From NCBI GenBank assembly GCA_964347325.1, contig CAYFYA010000005.1, positions 52,984 through 76,983 on the forward strand: DNA of 24,000 nucleotides, written 5' to 3'. This document shows, piece by piece, positions 14,711-23,700 of this stretch. The translations under genes and the position numbers were made by a program. The first letter of the stretch is position 1. The number at the start of each line of letters is the position of its first letter. Source of the stretch: an uncultured Methanomassiliicoccales archaeon (GTDB lineage: Archaea; Thermoplasmatota; Thermoplasmata; RBG-16-68-12; JAJISG01). Below the pieces are notes generated by a model. That model was given only the letters and a program-made list of their open reading frames with translations. It made no database searches and had not been told where the DNA came from.

Positions 14711-16405
14711 CTACATGAGGTCCTCGACGTCCTCCTCCATCTTGGCCAGCTTGTCCTCGACCGCCCTCTTCAGGAGGAAGAAGGGAATGGAACCGGCGTA
14801 GAGAATCGTGTCGTGGAAGAACCCGAGGGAGAACTTGTCTCCCATCCTCTCCTGGACTTCACTCCTGAGGCCCTGGATGAGGTGCTTCCCAAGGAGGTAG
14901 CTCAACTGGTATCCCGGGTTCTGCGTGTAGCGCTTCACCTCGGCCAAGGCTGCGGGCTTCTCGATGCTCGCTTCCCTAACCAGCATGTCGACCGCCTCGT
15001 CGAAGGTCATCTTGCCACAGTGCAGGTCGACGTCGATGATGATGCGGCAGGCCCTCCATATTATGTCCTGGAGCTGGGTGAACCTGACCTCCGGCGACTC
15101 GCTGAAGCCCGTCTCTTGCATCACGTCTTCGGAGTAGTGCGCCCAGCCTTCGACCGTCTCAATCGCCCCGAAACTCCCAAGAACCCTGATGAGGGAGGGG
15201 TTCAGGTTTGCAGCGGAGAGCTGGAGGTGGTGCCCTGGATACCCCTCGTGAACGGCCGTGTTCCGGATGGACGCGTGGCTGTGCTTCCTCAAATCTCCCA
15301 CACCGTCTGAGGGCGGTGTAACGATGTAGACCCCCTCCTGCACCTTGTCAAACTTGGCGGCTCCGAAGAGGGCGGCGAAGGGTATGATGGGCCTGATGAA
15401 GGTGGGCGTCTCCATGACGTGGAGCTTCTCGGCCGGCGGCAGGGTGGCCAGACCCTTCTCCACGATAAAGGAGCGAGCCTCCTGAATGGTCTTCCGCACC
15501 TCCTCCAGGACAGCGTCGAAGTCCTTGGGGTGCTCTGACTTGATGCGATCGTTGACCTCGTCGACGGTAGCCTTCGGGTCAATGGACTTGGCCACCTTGG
15601 CGAGTTCCTCCTTCGATTCCTTCAGGTAGCTATCGCCAAGCTCACGGATCTTGTCCACGCCGAGTCCCAAGCGCCTCATTTCGATGAGCCTCCTGAACTT
15701 CTCCTCACCGAGAATGTGGGGGGCGGAGGCCTCTGGGAGAACATCCTCCTGCAGCCAGGATTGATACTCGGAGAGGGCTGCGGCCGCCTCCTCCTTAGCC
15801 TTCTTGAAGTCCGCAAAGGCGGAGTCGGGAACCTTGCCCGCTACGGATTGGGCGATGACCTCCAGGAAGGCGGGCGTCATCCTCGCCGACTCGATGGCCA
15901 TCTCGGTCCAGAGTTTGACAGGCCGCGTAATCCTGGACTTGATCTCCTTCAGGTAGCGAGGGGTGCCCTCAAGTCTCCCAGTCATCGCCTGGACACGAGT
16001 GGTAAGCGGCGCGAAGTCCCGCGTGAAGAGCGGGAAGAGGGCCTCCCCGACTCCCTCCGCACCTCCCGGCAGAGATTCCCAGAACCTCATCTCTTCCAGG
16101 TCGAAGAGGGATAGGTCCGCTATCTGGAGGGCCAACTCCCAGTCCAGGGGGCGGCTCCCACTGAGTTCCTCAGGATTGAAAGCCTCAAACTTGCTTCTGA
16201 GGTCTTTCGTGAAGGTGATCTCCTCTTCCACGAACTCCCTGGAGTTATCTCCCATCAGGTGGTCGTAGTCGTGAATTCCAAGGAAAGTGGCCCAGACCGG
16301 GTGTCGTTCGATGACCGTGTTGAAGAACTCCCTCGTCGTCGTGTCGAAGTCCTCATCTGACATGGTCGACCCGACGACCGTGGCCTGCATAAGGTTAACG
16401 GGCAT
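14711..16405 (-). CDS. DUF885-family protein (putative zinc metallopeptidase-like)
   Basis: Length and layout match DUF885, with the HEGYPGHHLQ motif and C-terminal YTQNPGYQLSYLLG. The start is placed at the ATG overlapping the pyrD-like stop (TGATG at 16403-16407). MSDEDFD at 16363 is an alternative start. Confidence 0.7.
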   Translation of the reverse strand: MPVNLMQATVVGSTMSDEDFDTTTREFFNTVIERHPVWATFLGIHDYDHLMGDNSREFVEEEITFTKDLRSKFEAFNPEELSGSRPLDWELALQIADLSLFDLEEMRFWESLPGGAEGVGEALFPLFTRDFAPLTTRVQAMTGRLEGTPRYLKEIKSRITRPVKLWTEMAIESARMTPAFLEVIAQSVAGKVPDSAFADFKKAKEEAAAALSEYQSWLQEDVLPEASAPHILGEEKFRRLIEMRRLGLGVDKIRELGDSYLKESKEELAKVAKSIDPKATVDEVNDRIKSEHPKDFDAVLEEVRKTIQEARSFIVEKGLATLPPAEKLHVMETPTFIRPIIPFAALFGAAKFDKVQEGVYIVTPPSDGVGDLRKHSHASIRNTAVHEGYPGHHLQLSAANLNPSLIRVLGSFGAIETVEGWAHYSEDVMQETGFSESPEVRFTQLQDIIWRACRIIIDVDLHCGKMTFDEAVDMLVREASIEKPAALAEVKRYTQNPGYQLSYLLGKHLIQGLRSEVQERMGDKFSLGFFHDTILYAGSIPFFLLKRAVEDKLAKMEEDVEDLM

Positions 16406-17310
16406 CAACGGTGCGCAACGCCAACCATATCCTCGATGTGGGCGTAGCCATTCTCCTCCATGAAGGCCTCGATTTCCTGGCACACCCCTTGGAAGACGTC
16501 GAGGCCGCGGTAGTGCACCCCGCTGCCGATCTGGACGGCGCGGGCACCCGCCATGATGTACTCCACGGCATCGAGGCCCGTGAGAATCCCACCGACGCCG
16601 ATGAGGGGGATGTTCACCTGTTCGTAGATCTCGTAGACACCGCGAATGCCAAGCGGCTTGATGGCAGGGCCGCTCAGGCCACCGGGCCTGTTTCCGAGGA
16701 CGGGTCGCGCCACATCAGGGGCGATGCTCATGGCCTTGACGGTGCTGATGGCGGTGATTCCGTCCCCTCCGGCCTCCTCAACCGCCTGGGCCATGACGAC
16801 TATGTCTCTGACATTGGGCGAGAGCTTCACGAACACCGGAAGCTTGACGGCACTCTTCACCTCGGCGGTAACCCTGGATACCAAGTCGGCGTCTCCGGCG
16901 ATCTCACCCAGTCCTAGCGGGTCGGGACAGCTCAGGTTGAGTTCCAGAGCGTGAGCGCCGTACACCTCCATGGTCCTGGCAAGCGGGCCGAAGAACTCCA
17001 CATCCTCAGCGAAGATGGAGCATATCACCGGCACCTCACTTTCCAGGGCGACCTTGATCTCCGCTGCGTAGTTATCGACGCCTGGGTTGGCCAGACCGTC
17101 GGCGTTCAGGAGACCGTGCTCCAGTTGCACCAGCGAAGGTCCGGAGTTGCCCTCCCTCGGCTCCCGGCCGATGGACTTTGTCACGACGGCTCCCGCCCCG
17201 CTAGCCGCCACCTTGAGCAGGGATTCTCCGCTATCTCCCAGGATCCCGGAGGCTAGCATCGTAGGATTCTGGAGCCTAAGCCTCCCCACGGTGGTAGAGA
17301 TGTTCGCCAT
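16405..17310 (-). CDS. pyrD: Class 1 dihydroorotate dehydrogenase-like flavoenzyme (PyrD/DHOD-DPD TIM-barrel family)
   Basis: LQNPTMLASG, VVTKSIG, GLLNADGLANPG, ELNLSCP, KLSPNV, GGLSGPAIKP and IGVGGI are DHOD class 1 landmarks. Two positions I recall as substrate-binding Asn read Asp (SCPD) and Ser (AIST). No pyrK is adjacent. Confidence 0.7.
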   Translation of the reverse strand: MANISTTVGRLRLQNPTMLASGILGDSGESLLKVAASGAGAVVTKSIGREPREGNSGPSLVQLEHGLLNADGLANPGVDNYAAEIKVALESEVPVICSIFAEDVEFFGPLARTMEVYGAHALELNLSCPDPLGLGEIAGDADLVSRVTAEVKSAVKLPVFVKLSPNVRDIVVMAQAVEEAGGDGITAISTVKAMSIAPDVARPVLGNRPGGLSGPAIKPLGIRGVYEIYEQVNIPLIGVGGILTGLDAVEYIMAGARAVQIGSGVHYRGLDVFQGVCQEIEAFMEENGYAHIEDMVGVAHR

Positions 17311-17377
17311 CCTGCGCGTTATGGGTACCTTCGCCTTAAGGTTCTATCGGACCTATTGTGGGAGTGTGGAGCGATGG

Positions 17378-17617
17378 CTAGGCAAGGATGAGAGCCTTGG
17401 GGAGGATCTGTGGCGTATCGGAATCAAGGTTAAGGAACTCCATACAAGGTGGCGAGAAGTGGGGGCACTCGCTCGCCGCATCCACTAACGAGATCTGGAT
17501 TCTCGTCGCTATGTCTGTAGTGGTCGCCGCCAAGGGGCCATCCTCGTGGCGTTCTTGGCATGTGGCTAGGGAAAAGGCCGCGACGCGGAAGGGGGAAGCC
17601 CTAACAAACCAGAGCAC
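17378..17617 (-). CDS. Hypothetical small protein (79 aa from GTG) immediately downstream of the giant gene; very uncertain
   Basis: It is the only ORF co-directional with its neighbours in the 396-bp gap. Third-codon positions look GC-enriched like real genes. The N-terminus (M)LWFVRASPFRVAAFSLATCQ is signal/lipobox-like. I found no recognisable homology, promoter or SD. Confidence 0.2.
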   Translation of the reverse strand: MLWFVRASPFRVAAFSLATCQERHEDGPLAATTTDIATRIQISLVDAASECPHFSPPCMEFLNLDSDTPQILPKALILA

Positions 17618-17706
17618 CAGCGAGAAGATGTCCTTGGAGTTCTTTGCAATGATCCAGGCCAGCTTTACCAGTCCCTGGAGGCCTTCGTCGGTCGGCGATT
17701 CAGACG

Positions 17707-20700
17707 CTATGGCCAGTCAAAGCTGAAGAGTGCCCAGGAGTAAGACAAGTAAGGCGTTACGACTTCCGTGAAATTCACATCCACAGGCGTATCCTCAATA
17801 TCGGTTATTCCAAAGGCAAGGGGGCCATAGCCGAGTGAGAATTGCCTACGATCCCTGTCGCCGTAGGCGAGACCGAAATCAATAGGTCCATCGAGGGATA
17901 GTCCAGTGGTGGGCGTAGCAAGTACAAGGTATGCGTCTATGCCCGCATCCGTTATGTAGAACGATAGCGCAGGCAACAAGGTGACCTCCGCGCCTGGCCC
18001 TTCTCCGAAGGGGAGAGTGATGGCCACCTCCACCGTCACGAAAACTCCCAGGACGCTGCCGGAGGGAACATTCACCCCGCTAACGAGGAGATCATAGTTG
18101 CTGGGGTCAAAGATTTCTGGCCAGGCAAGGAAGCTGGACAAGTCCGGCAGAGTAAAGGCGAGTTGAACGCCCGTCAAAGTCTCTATTTCATCTATGAACG
18201 AGTTGAAGAGAGCCTGCAAGGTCGCGACGTTCATGTCATCGACTAGGACCGCAACGTCGGCGGCCAAATCCAGAAGCCACTCAACGGTCCGATCGCTCAT
18301 GTCCTTCACACTCTGCGGGATCGGGAGGTGCTGAATCCCTGGGCGCAGTATGTCGTATGCAAGGCTCACCACGTCTTTGGCCGCTACAAGTCCGTTTGCG
18401 ACGAAATCGGCTGCAACCTTGAAACCGGCCTCCAGAAGCTCGACGGGACCAGGGATCTGCAGTTCGTTGACGGATTCGTTCAGAAGGCCGGATACATCTC
18501 TGAGTGCACCGTTCACATCGAGATACGGGGCGAGGAAGCGAGACTGCACGCCAGCGAAAGTCTGTATGCCAGAAAGGATGGCCTCGATGGCTGGCCGTAG
18601 GATCTGCTCAATTACCCAAAGGGCGCCGTCTAGGAGTAGGTCGAGAGCCTCCCTTCCGAGGTCCAAAAGGATTTCCAAGGCCTGAGTCGCGAAATCGTAT
18701 ACCGCGTCGAGAGCATCGGCAACGCCTGCAATGTTTGTCCTAGACTCCGCACTGTTGTCATTGCTGTCCCACGCCCTCACCTTCACATCGAAGCCGTGCC
18801 AGATGGCGCTCCCGATATTGACCTCATGTGAGAACCAGCCCACTTTGATGAAGGCCCTATGAACCTTCACGTTTCCGTTGATGTCTATTCTTACGGTATC
18901 AAGCGTGGTTTCGCCATCCTCGACTTTGAACGTTCCTCGTACCTTCACCCAGTCCAGGACCTCCCTATATCCCGTGACCACCGTCTCGTAGACGGTCCTC
19001 ACGACCCTGTCCCACCGCAGGGTGAGGACATTCCATACGCTCTCGGTTACAGTCCTTTTCACCCTCTCGTAGATCGGCTCGAGGGAAATGTGCACGTCCA
19101 CCGATATGGTGAAATCTGTTATGCTGGGCGAATTGCGCTCTACGATGAGAGGAGCGGGATCCACATGGTCCAATAGCCCGTCCCCGTCCGTGTCGCGGTG
19201 ACGGGGATTCGTACCAATGACAAATTCGTCGTAGTCCGTCAGCAGGTCGCCATCCGAATTGATCCTGGTCGGATCTGAGGTAACCGGTAGCTCCTGGATG
19301 TCGTCCACCCGGTGTATGATGAAGACAATCCAACCATTGTATTCGGTGCCGTCGATTAGGCCATCGCCGTCGGTGTCCTTGTCGAGGGGATCGGTGGAGG
19401 CAAAGAACCACTCATCGTCTGCCAGGTGGTCACCGTCCGTGTCCTGCAGTGTGGGGTTCGTACCATCGTTGTATTCCCACCAGTTCTGGCGGCTATCACC
19501 GTCCTTATCCTTCCACTGATCAACCGAGTCGTAAGCGATGAGGTTGAACTCCAGTTCCCAAGCCGTCGGCATCCCGTCTCCATCGTCATCACTATCCTGT
19601 ATGTTCCAGATGCCATTGCCATCGAGGTCGTGCGTGGCATAGAACTCACCCAGCTCATACTCTTCCAGATTCGTTAGGCTATCGCTGTCGAAGTCAGCGG
19701 CGGCGTCGGTTCCGTTCAGCGGGTCCAATCCGGTGAACTGCCCCCAGCGGGCTTCAAACTCGTCAGGAATCCCATCGCCGTCGGTGTCAGGGTCATTTGG
19801 ATTCGTGAAGTATGTCTGCTCCTCGGCGTCATCCAGCCCATCATCGTCACTGTCCGGGTCCAAGGGATTGGTTATGTAGCCATCAGCTCCACTGTTAACC
19901 TCCTCGAAGTCATCTAGACTGTCCGAGTCGCTATTGGCATCCAGGGGATCGGTTCCATGGATTATCACCTCATCACCGTCCGAGAGGAGGTCGTCATCGG
20001 TGTCACTGTCGGTGAGGTTCGTCTCCCCAGATGCAAAGCCGTCCCACTGCCCGTTGTGGTTGGCATCCTCCGTCCCATCCAAGAGGCCGTCTCCGTCCAT
20101 GTCCGGATTGGTATCGTCGGGGTCAACGCCCGTTATGAGCCCATCATCATCCTGGTCGTTGTCGAGAGGGTCCGTCTCAATCACAGGATTGAGAGGATCA
20201 AAGCGAGGATCGCCTGAAAGGTCGGGATCCAAAACGCCATTGCGATTGAAGTCCTCACCTTCGGCCGGATCGTAGAGGTTGTCGCTATCGAGGTCCACCC
20301 ATCCATCGTACAGAAGGGCATCGCTATCAGAATTCTGATCTCGCGCGTTGATCCACCCGTCTCCATCAGTGTCCCCGTCCCAGGCGTTTTCGGTACCATC
20401 TAGGATTCCGTCGCCGTCAGAATCGGGGTCCAGCGGGTCCGTCTCCCTGAAGGTGGCGGGGGTATCGTAGGCTCCGTTGCGATTCCTGTCCTCAATGCCA
20501 TCCAAGAGCCCATCATTGTCGGAGTCCGGATCGGCGGGGTCCGTTTCCCCCGGATCCGTAAGCCCATCTTTGTCGGTGTCTTCGATTCCGTCGAGGAGCA
20601 AGTCGTCGTCAGAGTCGGCATCTAGAGGGCTCGTCCTCAACCCTACCTCTATCCCATCCACCAACAGGTCGTCGTCCGTATCACTGTCCGTTGGGTTCGT

Positions 20701-23700
20701 TTCGCCAGGATCCCACTTCCCGTTGAGGTTGGCATCTTCTTGCCCGTCTAGGAGGAAGTCAACATCCGTGTCGCCCGACCTGGGATCTGTGAACAGGTAT
20801 TCCAGGTCGTCGGTCAGGAGATCCCCATCTGGGTTGGGGAGAGTAGGATCGGCAGTGACATGAACGGTGGCGCCGTTCACCGTGATATCCCATCCTGCAA
20901 CTTCTACGCCATCGATCAGGCCATCACCATCGGTGTCCTCGTTGGCGGGGTCCGTTATGTACCCGTCGACTCCCGGAATAACCTCCTCATAGTCCGTTAG
21001 GCCGTCGGCGTCCGTGTCCACGATCAGGGGACTTGGCTCGTCGACGTCTGTGAAGCCGTCGCTATCCACATCCTCCTCCCCATCGGCGAGGCCATCGTCG
21101 TCAGAGTCCTTATCGAGCAGGTTCACGATGGAGTCGGTATCAGTATCGACGAAAGGTCGCTGTTCCTTGGCGTCTGGGACCCCATCCCCGTCGGAATCCA
21201 AGTCGACCATGTTTTCCAGTCCATCATTATCCATGTCCGTGTTAGGGTGAACCGTCTGTTCCACGAAATCGGTGATGCCATCGCTGTCGGAATCGAGATC
21301 GAGGGCGTTCAGATACCCATCCTGGTCGGTATCCTTATCGTATAGAGCCTCCGTTCCATCAAGGAGCCCATCATAGTCGCTGTCCGGGATGAAGGGGCTG
21401 ATCCTCCAGTATATCTCCTTGCCCTGAAATCCTACTGCAGGAAGGTCCGACGAGACGATTGATACGCCGGAGGAGACGAACACGTAGAGAGTCCCCTCCA
21501 GAGTCCCTGTCCCGTCCCTATCGAGGAAGTCGGAGAAGGGTTCCCAAATATAGACCCGATCCAAGTCTCGATCGTAGAATATCCTCGTGCCGTCCACCAG
21601 TCTGAACACTCCCTCGACGCCGGGGCTCCTTGCGTTCGCTGGAGATGTGCTCTCCACATCCCTCTCAACGGAATCGAAGAGATAGGCTGCCCCGGGAAGG
21701 CCATCAGTCACGTTCCGGTCGAAATATATCCAGTCATCTGCAGCCGCGTAGTTCTCAATGCTCTCCGCGCCATCTACCACACTCGTCCTAAAGAGAACGA
21801 AGGCCTCCTGGCCATCCTGCAATCCGTCCTCATCATGATCAGTGCCAAGCTCGAAGCCGCCCGCTATCGTGCCGTCTCCGTCCCAGTCGTACGGCTTCGG
21901 ATTCGTCCCAAGGTTGAACTCCATGACGTTCGTGAAAGGCGTCCAGTACCGGGTGAAGTCCCCATCAGGATTCCCGTCATCCCCATCATCCCCAATCGCA
22001 GAGAGCGGGTCGACGTGGACACGGACTTCCCAGCCGTCCGGCAGACTATCTCCGTCGGTGCTCCACTTCAGCGGGTCCGTCTCTGACAGATCCTTCCGAC
22101 CATTCTGGTTGACATCTTCTCCCAATTCATCAGTCGAGAAGACGTCATTTCCGTCCGCGTCAAACCAACCGTCGTAGAGTCCGTCGTCGTCCGTGTCGAA
22201 GTCAAGTGGGTCCGTCACGCTGGCTGGGTCGGCGTCAGAGAGGATTCCGAGCTCGAGGCCGTCGGAAAGCATATCGCCATCCGAGTCCCAGCTCAGTGGG
22301 TTCGTTCCAAGCCTCGACCACTCGGAGAAATCTGTCAGCCCATCGTGATCGCTGTCCACGTTCAAGGGGAAAGTCCCTATGAACACCTCCGTACCATCTT
22401 GGAGGCCGTCTCCGTCCACGTCCGGGTCTAGGGGATCGAGCTGGAGCTTCTCCGCGAGGATGTAGCTCAGGAATGCAGTGAAGTCAAAGTCCTCTGGAAT
22501 GTCCCCGACGATGGAGGTTTCATTCAGGTCAATGATTACCGTGTATATTCCGGCTTCAAGGTCGAAACTCCTTAACCAGAAGGAGTAGATGTCGCTGTAC
22601 CCAGCAGAGAGATAACGATTTGCGTCGGTGATTATGGTGTTGTCATACGTGGGAGGAATTGCCACGCCGTTCTTCTCGACCGTAACCTCAATGGCTTCCA
22701 TGAGCTTCGTCAAGTTGACGGTTGTCTCCGAGGGATACGGATTCAGCCACCGGATGCTGTTGTCGACGAGCCTGTGCTGCTGGGTAACGTTCATTACCTC
22801 GGTGATGTCGAACGACATGTATACGATCTGGCCGCCATCCATCACGTCCCCGTTGTCATCGAAGGTGTTGACACCATAATCGCCAAAGAAGTCCCACTGG
22901 AACACGGGCTGAGCATCCGCGAGGTTGAAGAACGCATCAGCATCTGACCCCGTATACCTCATTAAGAGGACACTCTCGTTCAACGTAAAACCAGAAGTCA
23001 CCGGGTGATCCACTATGGAAATCAGACGGCTGGTTCCTCCATCCTCCAGGCCCACCGCGTGAAGCACGATACCACTGAAGGCGGGATCCGCCCAAGCGAA
23101 GGTGGAGAAGTCCCCTCCCTCGATAAGCAACCTTCCGCCAGTGAGGACGAAGTCAATGAGGAGCGGACGTTGGATAGGATCGGGCAGGGGGTTGGGATCG
23201 TCTCCCGAGCTCCACACCACGAAGTCATAATCCAGCAGGTCAACGTCCCACAGCCGTGTGGAGTCGGCCATATCCACCCTGAGGCCGAGCAGATTCAACC
23301 TAGTCGCGAAGAGATCGGCGCTGAACTCAAGTCCATCTTCAACCTTATCATCATTGACGACCAGCACTCGCGGATTGTACAAGATCCCATTCGCTGGAAT
23401 CTTCAGCCTGTAGTGCCCCTCCTGCTCGATCTGCAGGATTCGCTTGACAGGAGGCATCCACATCCGGAGCTGCTCCCTAACTCTGACGCTATCGTAGGCG
23501 AAGAAGTCAAACAGCTCCTCGGAATCTAGCAGGCCGTCCTCGTCTGTGTCAGGACTATACGCATCGGTTTCGAATCCCACTTCACCTGAATCTAGCAGGA
23601 AGTCCGAATCCGCATCTGCAATCCTGGGTGGCGTTCCGAAGTTGAACTCCCCCACATTCATGAGCAAATCTTCGTCGGGATCATTCACGCCATCCTGATC

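Noticed and set aside
17488-17506. Perfect 6-bp hairpin ACGAGA-TCTGGAT-TCTCGT whose loop resembles the CUGGA anticodon loops of the nearby tRNA-Gln genes
   Set aside because: I could not build an acceptor, D or T arm from the flanking sequence on either strand. It is probably coincidental, not a tRNA remnant.
17311-17706. 396-bp gap between the pyrD-like gene and the giant gene, considered as a structured ncRNA (RNase P RNA or SRP RNA)
   Set aside because: I found none of the conserved motifs on either strand: RNase P CR-I GAGGAAAGUCC, or SRP helix 8 GGAA/AGCA loops in proper context. The plus-strand ORF 17388..17726 is antisense to all neighbours and overlaps the giant ORF's stop.
17710-18100. 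C-terminal alternating-hydrophobic segment ending in FDWP, considered as a bacterial outer-membrane beta-barrel/autotransporter domain (which would imply a bacterial origin)
   Set aside because: The pattern is only suggestive, and the rest of the window is archaeal. It is kept as a hedged note under the C-terminal-domain finding, not called as an OMP domain.
19934-21250. Ser/Pro/Val-rich plus-strand ORFs (e.g. 19934..20275, 20477..20863, 21014..21250) opposite the giant gene
   Set aside because: They are the antisense image of GAC/GAT/GGN-rich codons. They are low-complexity and have no starts with promoter context.
19160-22446. Strong short-period repetition, considered as a CRISPR array or non-coding tandem repeat
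   Set aside because: The periodicity is in frame within one long ORF and encodes degenerate DxDxDG repeats. There are no identical direct repeats with unique spacers.
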